Below, piece after piece: positions 25,375 through 38,300 of a DNA stretch of 64,000 nt. Within the stretch, counting starts at the first letter, position 1; every line of letters starts with the position of its first letter. The notes beneath the pieces are model-generated. The model was given only the letters and a program-made list of their open reading frames with translations, was not told the DNA's origin and did no database searches. Source of the DNA: Trichosphaerium sp. ATCC 40318 (lineage: Eukaryota > Protista > Tubulinea); NCBI GenBank assembly GCA_038496445.1, contig JALMLS010000453.1:186001-250000 (forward strand). The letters run 5' to 3'. The position numbers and the translations under genes are program-made.

Positions 25375-25792
25375 TAGACTGTTCGCTATGTTGAATGCTA
25401 ATAGAAAGTTCTGTACAAAAGAATACAAAAGTTGCTTGCGAGATAAGATCCTATCACAGAAAACTGACTCGATTTGGTTTTTTTTAGCGTTTTTGTCGTT
25501 TCGTTTTTATCACACGTGTATATTCGTTTTCTAGCTTCGTATACCATATCTACATATCTTTTTCGCACATATCAAGAGCTGTTCTTAACTTTTCTCTTAT
25601 AAGAGCCTTGTATTTTGTTTGTGAAGCAGTTGCAAGTTTTATACTTGCTTTAATAACCGATTTGGCTTCCATATCGTCCTTACTCGCTTCTTTTAGCACT
25701 AGGAATTTCTTGTAGATAAGGGTCACATCGCAAACGCTTGCTAAGCGCTCTGGTGTTGTACATGTAATATAATCTCCTTCTTGAGTTGTCAT
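25375..25792 (-). CDS. Small hypothetical helical protein
   Basis: ORF 25550-25792 with a probable short downstream exon. Confidence 0.4.
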
Positions 25793-26137
25793 AGCTGTTG
25801 TTTTCCACTTAAATACGTTAAGTCATAGACGAGTCAATCAGCAGTGTTGAAGGGCTAGAAGATTTAAACTTTCTAGATCATAGCGACACCAAGAGCAGTT
25901 AGTCCTCAGTGCATGAACAATGTATAAAATAACTTGATTTCACCATTGTTTCAAGGATTTGTTTTTTAGGCGAAGTCACGTGCAACTAAAGTGTCACAAC
26001 AAATTCACGTAAACAATTTTGCTTACTTCAAGCTATTATGAGTGTACTTTCGACAGAATGTTGCACCAAAACACACCTTGATACAATAATAACACACTCA
26101 ACGTGGTCAAAACATGCATGTGATTTGTATTTTATTT

Positions 26138-26804
26138 ATAATATACATTAAACAAAGGCATTTCTCGTCATTGTAGAGAGCGTCAAGCGTTATTAAGGGA
26201 CCTTCAAAACTATCAATAATCATCGCCATACTTCGCTTCTTAATCGGTCTGGTTCTGATCTAAATATAACGATCCCACGTGTCAGTATTATGGAAGGCAA
26301 AAAACAAAAAAGAAAAAAAATTGTTTACCCTACTTCTGACCATAAACATTTGAAATAGTGCTTGAAACAGTCCCATGTACTTTCTTTACCATCGGTATAC
26401 GATTGTACAATGTCTTCCAAGTGATAATCGCATCTGAGGGTATGTCAGGATTTTGTACTAGTATTATTATATCGCCTAGTTTAGCGATTTTTAGTGTACC
26501 TGTGGCGTTGTCTCGGGTGTGTGGGTCTTTGTTGAAGTCTTCTGTAAGATCTAAAGAAAACACTTGTCAGAAGGCATGTGACGTTGGCAACTGAGGTTTT
26601 ACATAAACTCTGGGTCGTAATATTTGACATATTGCTGATTGCAGCCATTTTTTGCATAAAACGGTGATTTTTCATATTCAGGTGTTCGATTAGACCTGTA
26701 CAGGCCATCCTCCATGGTAGTAGGCCCTAAACAATTAGTTAATTAACAAAACATCCCTTATTATGACCTTCGCTATCCTGGGTATCCATTTCTTGCGATT
26801 GCAT
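26138..26804 (-). CDS. Multi-exon hypothetical protein
   Basis: Exons overlapping ORFs 26330-26563 and 26481-26708, plus a terminal exon IRTRPIKKRSMAMIIDSFEGPLITLDALYNDEKCLCLMYII. Confidence 0.45.
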
Positions 26805-26876
26805 GGTGCTTTGCGCTAAAAGAAATGTTAGGCATGACTACAGTTGAAATACTCATTCTAGCTCAATTAAACAAGC

Positions 26877-27248
26877 ATGGCCTTTGGTACGCATACAGTG
26901 GAATTGTATACAAGTGAATTCACAGTCGACAAGGTTTAACGCCAAAAGAACTAAAGAACCTACGCTTGGGAGATCATTTCCCACGCGTAGAGCCTGATTG
27001 TAAAGTATTCGCAGCGCAATTTTTCCACTGTTTCTCAAAAGGCAGTAAAATGATTGATCCAAGGGTACGACAACACAATACACGCGCGTAGTAGGCGTAT
27101 TCTGATGTTTTGACAGGATGTTTCAGCTGGCGCCACTGGTTTGGCACAATGCAGAGATTTAATGAAAGAATACGATGAGTGTACCCTCAAAGCTTTAGAT
27201 GCAAGAGCAGCAATACGACGGGCAATCCTAGGAGAAGACGAAGACTAA
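26877..27248 (+). CDS. Small twin-CX9C protein (mitochondrial intermembrane-space type)
   Basis: Three exons give MAFG/LTPKELKNLRLGDHFPRVEPDCKVFAAQFFHCFSKGSKMIDPR/DVSAGATGLAQCRDLMKEYDECTLKALD..; two exact CX9C motifs. Absent from the ORF track. Confidence 0.75.
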
Positions 27249-28215
27249 AAATATTCTTTTAACCACCAACCATAAACACCCTTTTGCAGATATTTTTACG
27301 TTTAAAACAGTGTCGCTAACTGTCTTTTTTATTATAATAAATGACACTTTACATCTTTACAAAAATCTACAATCTACAACAAACACGTCCTAACGCTATT
27401 GTTCCAACCAAAACAGCCCAATAACCCAATGTTTTATAATGAGTTACGTAGGCGTTTTTGGTTTACGCGTAGTGTTGGTCATCAAAACTCCTAACATCAT
27501 TTTTCACGATAGTTTCGCCTTTAATACGTACCAAAAGCTTTGTTTAATTTCTAGATAACTAAACGTGTGCTCTGTCGGGTTTTTGAAAAACTTCTTGAGA
27601 GGGTGCTTACACGTCAAACACTTGGGTCATCGAGAGGGTTTGAAGTTGTAAAACGTATGTCGTTGATTTTGACAACAACGTGTACTTTTTGTACAGTTCA
27701 AAAGGTATGGTTGGTAGAGAGGAGTGGTCGCCGCAGGGTTGTGGTCAGGATTATTGGTTCGAAAGTCGGATCGGTAGGATAGGTTAACGTCGAGCGAAAA
27801 GAGTCGCAAATGTCAAACTGTGGTCAAAGGAAAGGGCATGAGGTTGGGGTTGGTGGGTACTCGGTCGATTTTAATGGTTGTTTGCTATTATTTTCGGTCG
27901 AAAGCGATCGTTATGTCGCGTGTCGCTAGTTGCATCGTTATTTTATTTTTTGAAAGAAAGAAAGCCCGCGAGCGTTTGTTGTGGTTGAACAAAAGGCGAG
28001 TTAACTAATTACGCATGTTAAGTATAGATCTGTTTAATAGAAAGTTTTTTTTTTTTCGTTTACGGTTTTTTTCAAAAAAAAGCTCAACAGTTACCTTCAT
28101 AGCATTAAAGAGTATCTGAGAGCGCTAATGGTACCAAAAATAAAAGGGTGGGTGGATTGGTATGGGAGGAATCGTTGATCCAAAGGGGCAATCACCAAGC
28201 TAAAAAGATTTTTTT

Positions 28216-29816
28216 TTAATTCTTTCGCTTTTCGTCGTCATCATCATCGTCGTCATCGTCTCTATCACGAGAGTCATCATCACGTTTTTCAAAATTTTCC
28301 TCCTTTGGAACTTCATCATCATGTTCCTATCACCATAATGTTAGTCATAAAAAGGAAGTCATTTCGAAAAGACAACAGACATGAAATATATTTTCAAAAA
28401 AAATGCACTTAAGTACCTCCATGGCTTCATCATTCTCATCCTCACCAGTTTTTATCTTTTTAGATGGACGCTCATCACGTTCATCATCATCACCTTCTTC
28501 ATCACTAGCTTTACGTTTCTCACCACTACATAGCGTCAGAAACTCAGAAGACTCAAAAGGTTTTTTTTGAAAATTTCAATCTAAAAACCATACCGGTCTG
28601 TAGAGTCTTCGTCATCAGAGTCACGATCTCTTCTTCTACTACGCCTCTTTGAAGAGCGTTCTTCCTCAGAGTCGGAACGATCATCATCTTTACGATCTCT
28701 CCTTGGAGAGTCATCGCGACTTCTACTATCTTCATCATCTTTACGATCACGTTTTTTATCACGCTTATCATCATCACGATCCTTTTTATCTTTATCATCA
28801 CGATCACGTTTTCTATCACGCCTATCATCATCACGATCCCTGCGATCCCTGTCACGGGACCTATCACGATCACGGTCACGGTCTCTTCTATCACGACGCC
28901 TGTCTCTTCTGTCTCTATCATCACGACGGTCTCTGTAACGCCTGTCATCACGATCTCTGTCACGCCTTCTGTCACTATCTCTACGATCTCTATCACGAGA
29001 CCTATCACGAGACCTGCGATCCCTATCACGAGACCTATCGCGGTCACGAGATCTATCCCTTAACAAACAAAGTGAGTTTCCAGTTTTACCTTTGAAAAAA
29101 AGTTTTTCGGTTTTATTGCGTTGGAGAGTCAGAAATCGTTTTTATAATCAATAAAATCAGGGGATCGGACGAAAATTCATCATAAGGCGCGTTCTTAGCG
29201 CTATTGAAAACAAAAAACTTTTGAACCAAAAAAATGTAAAAGGGATAAAATTAGTACCTTCTGTATCTTCGATCGCGGTCTCTGGATCTAGATCTTGAAC
29301 GTCTCCTTAGAAAAGCTGTTACACTTTACATTTGATCGAATAACAAAAAAAAAGATTTAGCCAATTGGCGAAACAGCCTTCTAAGGTACGTACCTTCTGT
29401 CTCTATCACGATCGTAGCGCCAACCAGACCTTGGGTTATGTTTTGCCCACTAATGGACAAAGTTACAACTAGAACAAGTACTAGAACGTGAATTGAACGT
29501 GCCTGTAAATTTATACGCTGGCTATTAAATTCCAGGTCTTGAGAATAGCGGTAAGCGTCCTCTGCGTCGCGGTCGTCTGCGTACTCAACAAAACCGTATC
29601 TAAACGCGAGCATAAGTATTTAAAACGTCGTAATTTAATCAAGCTACACCAACGTTACTTGTTTCAACATTCGTACCCTCTTGACATACCACCAGGTGTT
29701 GGAATGTCACATCTGACGAGGTCTCCATAATGCTTGAATTTTCGTTTCAAATCCTTGGAGGTAACACTTTTGGGTAAATTACCAACGAACAAGGCCTTCG
29801 AGCGCCCTCTCGACAT
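28216..29816 (-). CDS. SR-like RNA-binding protein (RRM + RS/RD dipeptide domain)
   Basis: RNP2 LFVGNL, RNP1 RG/YGFVEY, DRDAEDA, RINLQ/WAK, then a long RD/RS tract (ORF 28581-29066) and an acidic tail. Confidence 0.9.
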
Positions 29817-30029
29817 GCTTGTACCTCTTCTTTGCTGAAGTAATGTGAACCCAAAAATACTCCACAATTGAAATCGATTGAAATTACAAATACGCGGAGC
29901 TAGACGACTTAGTACAGCCAAAAACATCCAAACTCAATCCCTCACACGTACGATGGCATTGTCACCATAATAACTGGCTAACTTTGTGCGTGTTAAATAA
30001 AGGTGCAACAATCATACATAAAAACCTCC

Positions 30030-33000
30030 ATGAATAAGGCGGATATTTGCCCGGTTTGCACTAAGCGAGTGTACTTTATTGAGAAGGTACAAAAAATGTC
30101 AATAATTGCTAACGAACTATCCAATCACACAAAACACATGAAGAACTCTTTTATGGCTCAACTACTAGGTTTCAAACTTGGTGGTAGAGCAAAACCGGCC
30201 CAAAACCTCCCCAAAACCTTTTTCTATCTTACCATTCGCTGACAATATCAACAGTGCTATTATTTCCACAACCGTTAATTGTCAAAACTACAAAATTGCC
30301 CCAATTCCTTCCGATTGTTTAAAATAAGCAATTACACGCTCTATCTAACATTTTACTGCTATAGTTAGTGGTTGATAACAAAGTATTCCACAAGCGATGT
30401 TTCGTTTGCTCAAAATGTAACGCTTCCCTCAATTTATCCAATTATGAGGTTCTAGAGGGCGCACATGTTTGTAGATCTTGTTTTAGAGATGGCGTGTCCC
30501 ACGCCGCAGGCATAGTAGGGGTATGTCACTAACAATGTTACTAGTAAAGCTAGTACTTCCAAAAGCAGATTTTTTTTTCTATTTTTCCGAAAAGAAAATC
30601 TCGATTAACCATAGCGCTTCTTTTTATCCTTTTTAATACATTATTTAGGCAGGATCACTACCTGGCCCACCACCCGCAGTTGCAAAAGGTACATGAAAAG
30701 CTAATTTTACAATTTTCGTACATTCTGTATCTATGTTATTGCCTCACAACGCTTTTGGTTGCTATAAAACCCTGTATACGCGTATTTTCGGGGTTTTTTG
30801 GTACTAAACCTTAATAGCCCCTGCAACGGTACAACAGCGTGAAGTAGTGAAGAGCTCCGAACCCGCTTTTACAATAAGAGGTCGTGGTGAACCTAAGAAG
30901 CTTTGTATGCCAAGTGCCGTCACAAACTTGCTTGGCGGAGGTGCAAACACAACCCCGGCACCTGCTTCATCATCAGGACCTCCACGAGCTTCAGCAGGAT
31001 ATAATTCCGGAAATAGAGGTTAAAACGCTCTTTTTATTGCATGCAGTCGTACTCACAGCATTATTTTAGCGCCTGCGCCTTCTGGTAACAAGGTAAATAT
31101 ACCTTCGGGGTTTGCGGCAAAGTTCGGCGCTACTAGAAATACGGGAAGTGTCGCTGCTGCGCCTCCACCAATTCAGACAAACACTGCGCCTCCTCCACCT
31201 ATACATACAAATAAGGCAGCTCCCTTACCTATTGCTACAAACAAAGTACCTGCACAACCACGTGCTGCTGCTGAAGCACCTCCACCGCCACCTCCAGTGA
31301 GAGTACGTATTAGAACCCTACTTTACCGTTTGATGTTAACGCTTTGTGTAGGATTTTCCAAGTCCTCACTCGAACAGTCCACGAGGAAGTAATGTAGATG
31401 TTGGAGGTAATAATACTATCATTTTTCTGTTTTCTTTTACTGTTATTTCTCCTTGTTTGCTTGACAGTTTGTTAACTGTTGTAGGTTCTAATGTGCCTAT
31501 AAATATTAATGTACAAGTGAATAATCCATCTTCTGCAAAGAAACGTAAAAAAAAGAGAACGAAAGCAGTTAAAGATGCTTCATCTCCTCCAAAACGAGCA
31601 AGCTCAGGAAAAAAGAAGAGACGTGAGTCCAAAGCAGCTGAAGTCAAGAAGTCGGCATCTACAAAGAAGAGAAGCTCGAGCAAGGCTGGCAAAAAGCCTA
31701 AGAAGTCTGAAAAGGCACCTAAAAGAAAAGGTATGGCATTTGTTTATTTCGTAAGTCAGCCCGTTTAATCGCAATTTAGAATCTTCTCCTGCTAGGAAGA
31801 AGCCTAAGAAGAAACCTAAAGCACCAGAACCAGTTATTGTTTCAGACCCAAAGGTATGTTTAGTACCAACCTAAAAGAGTGTTCTTATTGTTCTATTAGG
31901 ATGCTGAGCGCATTAGAAAACTCGAGTCTCAGCTGGCTGATGCCGAAGCTGAGAGGAAGAGGATGAAGGCAGAGAAGGGTAAATTAGCCAAGAAGACAAA
32001 TGCGCTTGAAGGAGATGCTGCAAAACTAGAACAACAAAAACAAAACCTTGAGAAAAAGAATCAGAAACTTAAACAGAAAAAGACAAAAGCAGCAGCTATA
32101 CTTCCGTTTAGTGCTCCATATGATGCACAAACACTAAAGCTTGCCATGAAGGGACTGAACGTTGAACACAAACGTTTGACAGACGTACTGGCGAACAGGT
32201 AATGTCTTTTTTTTTTGGACAAGGAGTGAAAACTGTTTGTTTAACTACTGAGTAGGAGTGAAGTACAGAAAAAGAAAATCAAAGAAATATTTCAACAAGA
32301 CTATAAAAAGGATCTTATCAAGTACATCAAAGGAAAAACAAACTTTGCTTATCAGACTCTTATGGTATCCATCGGTGCGTTGCTTTTTCTTGTTTTTTTT
32401 ATAATCTTTGATCCACACAATGTTGCTAACAGATTTTCTTTCTAGTGCGTACCAGAATGGATATGATTGCTACATACTTGCATGGTTGTATTAATGCTAC
32501 ACCTACAACTGATGATGGTATTATTGATTGTTTGACTACAATGACAAATGGAGAAATAGCTAAACTAAAGAAAGCTTATGATGCTCTATATGCTGATGGC
32601 AAAGGAGCCAATAAACTCGAAAGGTACTTGAACTGTTTCAAATAAAACATAGCTATGAACTCTTTTCTTGCTTTGGAGTTCAAGTTGCTAAGTACTATTA
32701 AAAGGGATCTACGAAGGAATACATCAAGTAACTTTAAAGAAATTGTTACAATTCTTATTCAAGGAAAGCGCCTTGAAGGTGTTAATGAAGCTCAAGTGAA
32801 TAAGGATTGCCAAGCAATATACAAGGCTGTACGTTTGTTATTACTAATACGATTTACCGGTGCTTACAATTAGTTTTAGAGCGAAGCTCGTATTCTTACA
32901 ACAGCACACAGCACATTTATTGATATTTTCTCTCATCGCTCTGCTGAGCATATGCAAGCTGTTGCAGAGGCTTACCAAGGATGGTATGTTGTCTCTTAAA

Positions 33001-33423
33001 TAGTTTACTATACATATAGTTAACACTGCTTGTGTAGGTATGACACACCGCTTACAAAGATTCTAACAAAGTCAATGAGCTTTTCATACAAAACAATGCT
33101 TAAAGCATTAAGTACGTTTTTTGTTTCTACCTTATCTGTAATCTCATAATTTTCCATAATTAATGCTTGTTTTAGTGCGTGATAAATATGAGTATTTCGC
33201 TAGAAGATTGAATAAGTGTTTATCAGCTATACCTATGGAAGACAATGCTATTATTCATGGCATTCTCACTTTTAAACCAAAAGAACGAAAAGCGCTTGAT
33301 AGTAGATACAAAGAGTACTTTGGTAAATCATTAACTGATGCTATAAAGGAGAAAGTATCAGGAAACTATAGATATGGTTTGGTTACTCTAATGAACAGTC
33401 AGATCCCAAAAACGCCAAAATAG
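30030..33423 (+). CDS. LIM domain + Pro/Lys-rich linker + coiled coil + annexin core
   Basis: CPVCTKRVYFIEK/LVVDNKVFHKRCFVCSKCNASL..VCRSCF (LIM). Annexin repeats DAQTLKLAMKG..LTDVLANR/SEVQKKKIKEIFQQDYKKDL, LIQGKRLEG..DCQAIYKA, YFARRLNKCL..YKEYFGKSLTDAIKEKVSGNYRYGLVTL. Confidence 0.85.
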
Positions 33424-33629
33424 AAAAAAGCAAAAACAAATAAGGAAAAAAGTACAAAAAATGTTCCCTTTTTTCTACCTCGTGGTTGTACAATAAAGCA
33501 AAATTGCTATGTAGTGGCCTGTTGATTAACTTTACACAATGTAAAGTAGTTGTAGGGAAGCACACGTGGTATCCACTGGATACTGAAGTCAGCGAAAGTC
33601 GTTTGGTATTCTGAAAGTGCGCTAAACTA

Positions 33630-34874
33630 ATGCAGTCAATAGCGCCTGAATCTGTTTTCTTATGGCTATACTATGAAGTGCGATATTGGTTATGGTATTC
33701 TAAGCCTTCTAGGCGTATTTTACGAACGCCACCTTACAACCAAGACCAATCACCTCTTCATCTTCTCCCCGATGAAATATGCGTTATAATATTCGTTTTT
33801 CTTCCAGACACAGACCGCTGGAGTATTACCCGTACTAGTCTATCTCTACTTCATATTATCCAAAATTACGTTGGATACAAATCGTACCATCATTTGAACA
33901 CACGTGATTTTACATCAAAACCATGTAAAGCAGTCTTAAAAAATTCTTACATTACACTATACTCAAACAGAAATATCAAGCAGTACGAAGGTGCAAGGCA
34001 TATAAATCTTACTCGTTGCAAGTATATTACAAATGAAATGGCTTCTCTATTTTCAGGTGTACATACTATACGTCTCGTTGAAACAAACGTATCAGATGTT
34101 GGTCTTTCTTTTCTTTCTGGTGTTCATACAATTGACTTATTTGGTTGTCAGAATATATCTGATACTGGCTTGAAATACCTCTCTGGAGTACATTCTATTA
34201 TTTTATCGCATACTCCTATTAGTGATGAGGGGATAAAGGAGCTTTCTGGTGTTAAATACATTGATCTTTACCAATGTAGAAAAGTAACAGATGAAGGCAT
34301 CAAATGTTTAAAAGGTGTTCAAAGTATATTCTTACAGGGAACTCAAGTATCTGATATCGGATTACACGCGTTATCTGGAGTACGTTCAATATATTTAAGA
34401 AGTACTAACATTACGGACGATGGATTAAAAGCACTATCAGGTGTACACACGATTGACGTAAGTCATACCTCAGTTTCAGATGTTGGCATTAAGTATCTTT
34501 CAGGCGTTCATGCCATTAACCTCTCACAAACTAATGTGACTGATGAAAGTCTTAAAGCGCTCACTGGTGTGCATACTATATGTATTAGAGAGAATAGAAA
34601 CATAACAGACGCTGGTTTGAAGTCGCTTTCAGGAGCCAAGATAGTTGATTTGTATGGCTGTAGTGTTTCCGATGAAGGTGTGAAGTGTTTGTCTGGTGTT
34701 ACGGATATTAATCTTGGTAATACTTCCGTAACTGATAAAGGCGTTAGTTCATTGATAGGTGTACGTACTATAGGATTAATGGATTGTACGGAATGTAGTG
34801 TTGAGATTATAGAAGCACTTGTTGATGCTTCTGCACGTGTAATTATGTACAATGACCTAAATCTATGGTATTGA
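33630..34874 (+). CDS. F-box + 21/22-aa LRR protein, paralog 3 (intronless)
   Basis: LHLLPDEICVIIFVFL..YVGY followed by about 12 repeats LSGVHTIDLxxTxVSDxGLKY. Confidence 0.9.
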   Translation: MQSIAPESVFLWLYYEVRYWLWYSKPSRRILRTPPYNQDQSPLHLLPDEICVIIFVFLPDTDRWSITRTSLSLLHIIQNYVGYKSYHHLNTRDFTSKPCKAVLKNSYITLYSNRNIKQYEGARHINLTRCKYITNEMASLFSGVHTIRLVETNVSDVGLSFLSGVHTIDLFGCQNISDTGLKYLSGVHSIILSHTPISDEGIKELSGVKYIDLYQCRKVTDEGIKCLKGVQSIFLQGTQVSDIGLHALSGVRSIYLRSTNITDDGLKALSGVHTIDVSHTSVSDVGIKYLSGVHAINLSQTNVTDESLKALTGVHTICIRENRNITDAGLKSLSGAKIVDLYGCSVSDEGVKCLSGVTDINLGNTSVTDKGVSSLIGVRTIGLMDCTECSVEIIEALVDASARVIMYNDLNLWY

Positions 34875-35095
34875 AATTAACTTGTGTAAAATTAATAGCA
34901 ACTATTAACTCAGTTTATTACACGAACATATTAAAAGACTACTTTGCCTTTTTAAGATACTACAACAAAGATGTGAGCAGAATAAGCTTCTAAGGAAGTT
35001 TGAGAAAGGCTTCGTGAATACTGTAGGAATCACAGTTGAGTTCACTGTACGTGTGACCAAGTCCAGCTAATTGTTTTTTATTTACAATGTCGAAC

Positions 35096-35668
35096 TTATG
35101 TTTCTTTATAAAAATGTTTGTAAGCATAGATAAGCTCATACTTCCATAACATCTCCCTATTTGGATCATCTGAAATATCAACTATTTTACTTCCAATTAC
35201 AGTTCGACCATCACCAACAATAACTCCACCAATAACACTAAGACGCATGCCTTGACAAGGAATAAGAATTTTCCAAAAAAACAAGAAATCCTAAATTTTC
35301 TAGAGCCGTTTTCTTTATTTCCACTGTAGTTCTGGTACCTTCACTGATTTTGACGCCTTTAACAAGCGCTTTTGATACTTCTACGACTATTTGTGCTGTG
35401 CCATCATCAAGGATAACGTGCTTTTCATCAGCCCAACTCGAAACCACGCCCTATGCATGGTATACGTTAGTTTGTACTTAATAGAAGCGTTTTAGTGCCT
35501 GTATCCACACTTTAGAGAACGAAATACTACGCCAGCTGTATTTACGATTCACAACGTTGCTGGTAGCTGCTGTTATGTCAATGATGCGTAATTTTGGTAC
35601 CTAATAACCCGTTATTCTTAGCGAAGTTGTGACACGCATTCAATACGTACAGGTTGTTGTAATGACAT
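35096..35668 (-). CDS. RMI2: RecQ-mediated genome instability protein 2 (OB fold)
   Basis: Spliced MSLQQP/VPKLRI..FSKVWIQ/GVV..VILDDGTA../MRLSVIG..KIVDISDDPNREMLWKYEL matches the RMI2 motifs VWxQG, LDDGT and KxxDLS..RExxW. Confidence 0.75.
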
Positions 35669-35794
35669 TCAGTTGACGAAGCAGTGCTCGTTTGGGCGGT
35701 GGGTGAGCATAATAGTAGTAAAGAATGTCGTTTACTGCCAAGCCGTTAAAAATCTTGCCAAAGACGCTTGTTTCGGTTCGTAAGCATCTACACC

Positions 35795-36942
35795 ATGTTA
35801 AAGAAATTAGTAGCGGAAATACCACTTTTATCGATTGATGCAGGCCCTCGAGACAGTGAATGGATAAAACGCGTTGAACAGGAACTATCAGCGCTAATAG
35901 CAGTACAAAACGTTTTGTAAATCGTTTTTTTGAACCAAAAACCCTTCAGAATACGTTTTTTCGACAAACATGCTTTGTAGTACGTAGAATTAAATAAAAA
36001 GAATGAATCAGATTGGTTTCGTATAGATTGTAACGATGACGGCACTAAATGGACTGGAACTTGCTGGTACGTATTACCAATATCAACATTAAACTATTAT
36101 GGAGCGTATTGGTTGCTAACATTGGTAATAATATCCGAAACCTTACCGAGATTTTTCGAGTTAGAGTTGAAAACTCGCGAGTTTTTACCTTTTTTAGGTT
36201 TGTCCATGACTTTAAAAAATATACCTTCACCGTAGACTTTGAAGTACGTTATATACAATTATTGAGTGACATGAAACAGTTGACTTGTTTTGATCAATTT
36301 TGGGTTTACCGAATTGTAGATTCCTGTATCATACCCTAGTACTGCGCCAGAGATTGAGTTAAGAGAGTTGGACGTACGGGGAAAACAAAAAATCTGCCAT
36401 TTGTTCAGAAAAAACGCCAAAAAGAAGGAAAATAAGAATTGCCTGAGCCCGGGCAAACATGTTTCTTTTTTTCCCTCAGAATATATTTACTCAAGAGCGC
36501 AGAATTCCTGCATGCAATATATAGTTAAATTACTGACATACGTACTCGATCGTAGGGGTACACATCGAAAATGTATCGTGGTGGAAAGATTTGCTTGACT
36601 GATCATTTCTACCCTCTATGGGCAAGGAATGCGCCCAAGTTTGGTATTGGTCATTGTCTAGCGCTTGGTGTACGTAGTTTTTTTTTCTTCCGAAGCGAGC
36701 TTGACCAAGGGTGTTATTGCTTGCTAGGATGACATGAAGACTTTTTCTTTTTGTTTTTTTTTAGACCTTATCTCCGCTCGTCGACTGTCGACTTAAAAGG
36801 GAAGCGGGTATTTACGGCCAAAAAAAGACAGAATGATAGCTTCATTTCTTTAGTTTTAATCCACTATTAGCTAGCTCCATGGCTTGCTACAGAGATTCCT
36901 AGACTTGCTGACAAGAATAAACTAACTAAGTTTATAAAATAA
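35795..36942 (+). CDS. UFC1: Ufm1-conjugating enzyme 1
   Basis: [44 protein letters not shown]/../[66 protein letters not shown]. Confidence 0.97.
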
Positions 36943-37039
36943 GGGAGTTTTCCTTGAACTTTTTTGGAATTGTATTGTAAATGAGAGCTCGCTTTCAACT
37001 ATCATAAAAGTACTATACATAAGAGAATACAGTATATTG

Positions 37040-38300
37040 ACTTTTCAAGTGATTTTTCTTCATTGGCATTATCGGGGCTCCGGATTCCGGAAGTAACTTT
37101 TCTATTAATTATTTCCTCTTTTATTTTACAATGCACTCACTCGGTGATTTCCCTGTTTACTATTTATATACTCCACCTTATTTTATTCTAACACGCTAGT
37201 ACACTTGTGTGTATACTGTCTATTGAAAATATCTTGTCTATATCTTCCATCAAAAGCACTGGTTCGTGTATTTTTTGAACTGGTTCGCCTGTACTGCTAC
37301 AACTGTCACTATCAAATGAATCGCTGTAGGAGCAAACAGGGTATTGCATATGCAACGACTGAGGCAAGTATCTCCAATAATCATCGTAATCTGTATTGTT
37401 TATGTCTTGTGGAATATTTATGGGAACGTCTGTACAAAGTTTTCGTTTTGATTTTTTTGTTGTTGCTTCATTTGAAGCGTACTTTCTCTTTGTTCCTACT
37501 GTGAGTTATTATAAACCGCAACGGAGGTTTTGCTTTAATGTACCTTTAGCGTTTCTAGTTATGACCTTTAAAGAGTTATATAGTGTTATAAGGAGTGATA
37601 AGTCGTCGTTTTGTGGACCATTTAGAGAACGGTCTTTTTTTCTAGTTGTGGAATTGTTCCGTGCAGAAGAAGCAATAACTGTTTGATATATATCCATACA
37701 TTTACTCAATTCCTTCTTTGCTTTTTCAAATAGATCAAGAGCTGTCATACTGTTGGGGAAATAGTACGTTGTCTCGTAATGCGTAATAACGCAACGAAAC
37801 TTGGGGCCATTTCCAAAAAAGGAACTGTACGAAAAAGTATAGAATTCACCTAATCTCTGAGGATTAGAAAAAAACCCATAAAAGGCATAGTAGCGCACTC
37901 TAGTAAAAGAGACTTCTTGCATACTGCTCGAGGTATTGGTCTTCTTAGAGCCCCATAAAGTTTTTTTTCGTAAACCTTCCTAAACAAACTTTTTTTTTTG
38001 AGGTTTCCTGTTGTGCAATGAAAACAGTAATAACATCAAGTAGTATTGAGATAGCAGATTTCGGAAAAACCAAGATTATTTCCTTTAGTCCCAAACCCCT
38101 TTTGGCAAAGCTGGCGGACCAAAAACCTTTAAAAACTGATGTTTTTGCGTTTGGGAAAAGGAGAAAAAGATGCGTGAAAGTTTTTAAATCAACACAGTCT
38201 TCAAAAAAAGAACTTTTCTCCGGGTTGCTTTCTAGTAGGTATGTATGCGTTTAAGTATTGAGTTGTGAGTGCTGTACCCTTTTCTGAAGCATTTTAACAT
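37040..38300 (-). CDS. Multi-exon hypothetical protein (boundaries uncertain)
   Basis: ORF 37509-37922 with flanking splice signals; no domain recognised. Confidence 0.35.

Noticed and set aside
28581-29066. ATCACG-rich tandem-like DNA suggesting a satellite or CRISPR array
   Set aside because: It is the RD/RS dipeptide coding tract of the SR protein; no repeat-spacer structure.
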